From: Promethearchaeota archaeon
GTDB lineage: Archaea > Asgardarchaeota > Lokiarchaeia > Sigyniarchaeales > SOKP01
Direction: 5' to 3'
NCBI GenBank assembly: GCA_008080735.1
Contig: SHMW01000061.1
Span: forward strand, 1-27,297
DNA length: 27,297 nt
In this document: one piece after another, positions 27,222 through 27,297 of the stretch
How the letters are laid out: each line of letters starts with the position of its first letter
How positions within the stretch are numbered: position 1 is the stretch's first letter
The notes under the pieces: generated by a model
What the model was told of the DNA's origin: nothing
What the model saw: only the letters and a program-made list of their open reading frames with translations
Database searches by the model: none
Position numbers and translations under genes: made by a program

Positions 27222-27297
27222 TAAAATCCACTATCATAAATTTCAATTTTTAATTAGATTTGGTTTCAGTTTAAATATAAGTTCTAAAGACTTTAAA

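Noticed and set aside
1-27297. tRNA, rRNA or CRISPR array
   Set aside because: No cloverleaf-like GC-rich segment, rRNA-like tract or repeat-spacer pattern was seen by eye. A covariance-model scan was not run.

Overview
AT-rich archaeal chromosomal window, most consistent with Asgard archaea (Lokiarchaeia-like). That assignment is an inference from the Rab-like GTPase, proteasome alpha subunit, archaeal RFC, duplicated acyl-CoA ligases, GGTGA-type ribosome-binding sites and oligo-T terminators. In order, it holds: the 3' end of an IS200/IS605 tnpB element that the ORF track misses; two convergent paralogous long-chain acyl-CoA ligases; a sirtuin; a Rab-like small GTPase; a proteasome alpha subunit; a UPF0182-like membrane protein; a small winged-helix protein; a 1554-aa helical-repeat/coiled-coil protein; a CdrS-like ribbon-helix-helix regulator; a small hypothetical protein; a split double-zinc-ribbon gene; a GNAT acetyltransferase; a three-gene RFC clamp-loader cluster; an ECF-type S-component-like membrane protein; a crotonase; peptidase T; and a P-type ATPase. 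The best finding is the zinc-ribbon gene (16921-17230). It is interrupted by 28 nt (17001-17028) whose ends fall exactly on the two cut sites of a predicted bulge-helix-bulge motif. Removing that segment deletes two stop codons and restores one 93-aa frame, so it is a candidate tRNA-endonuclease-spliced mRNA intron in an Asgard protein-coding gene. Also notable are a probable non-canonical ATA start for the second acyl-CoA ligase and an RFC small subunit with a degenerate Walker B. No database searches or folding programs were run; all calls come from reading motifs.
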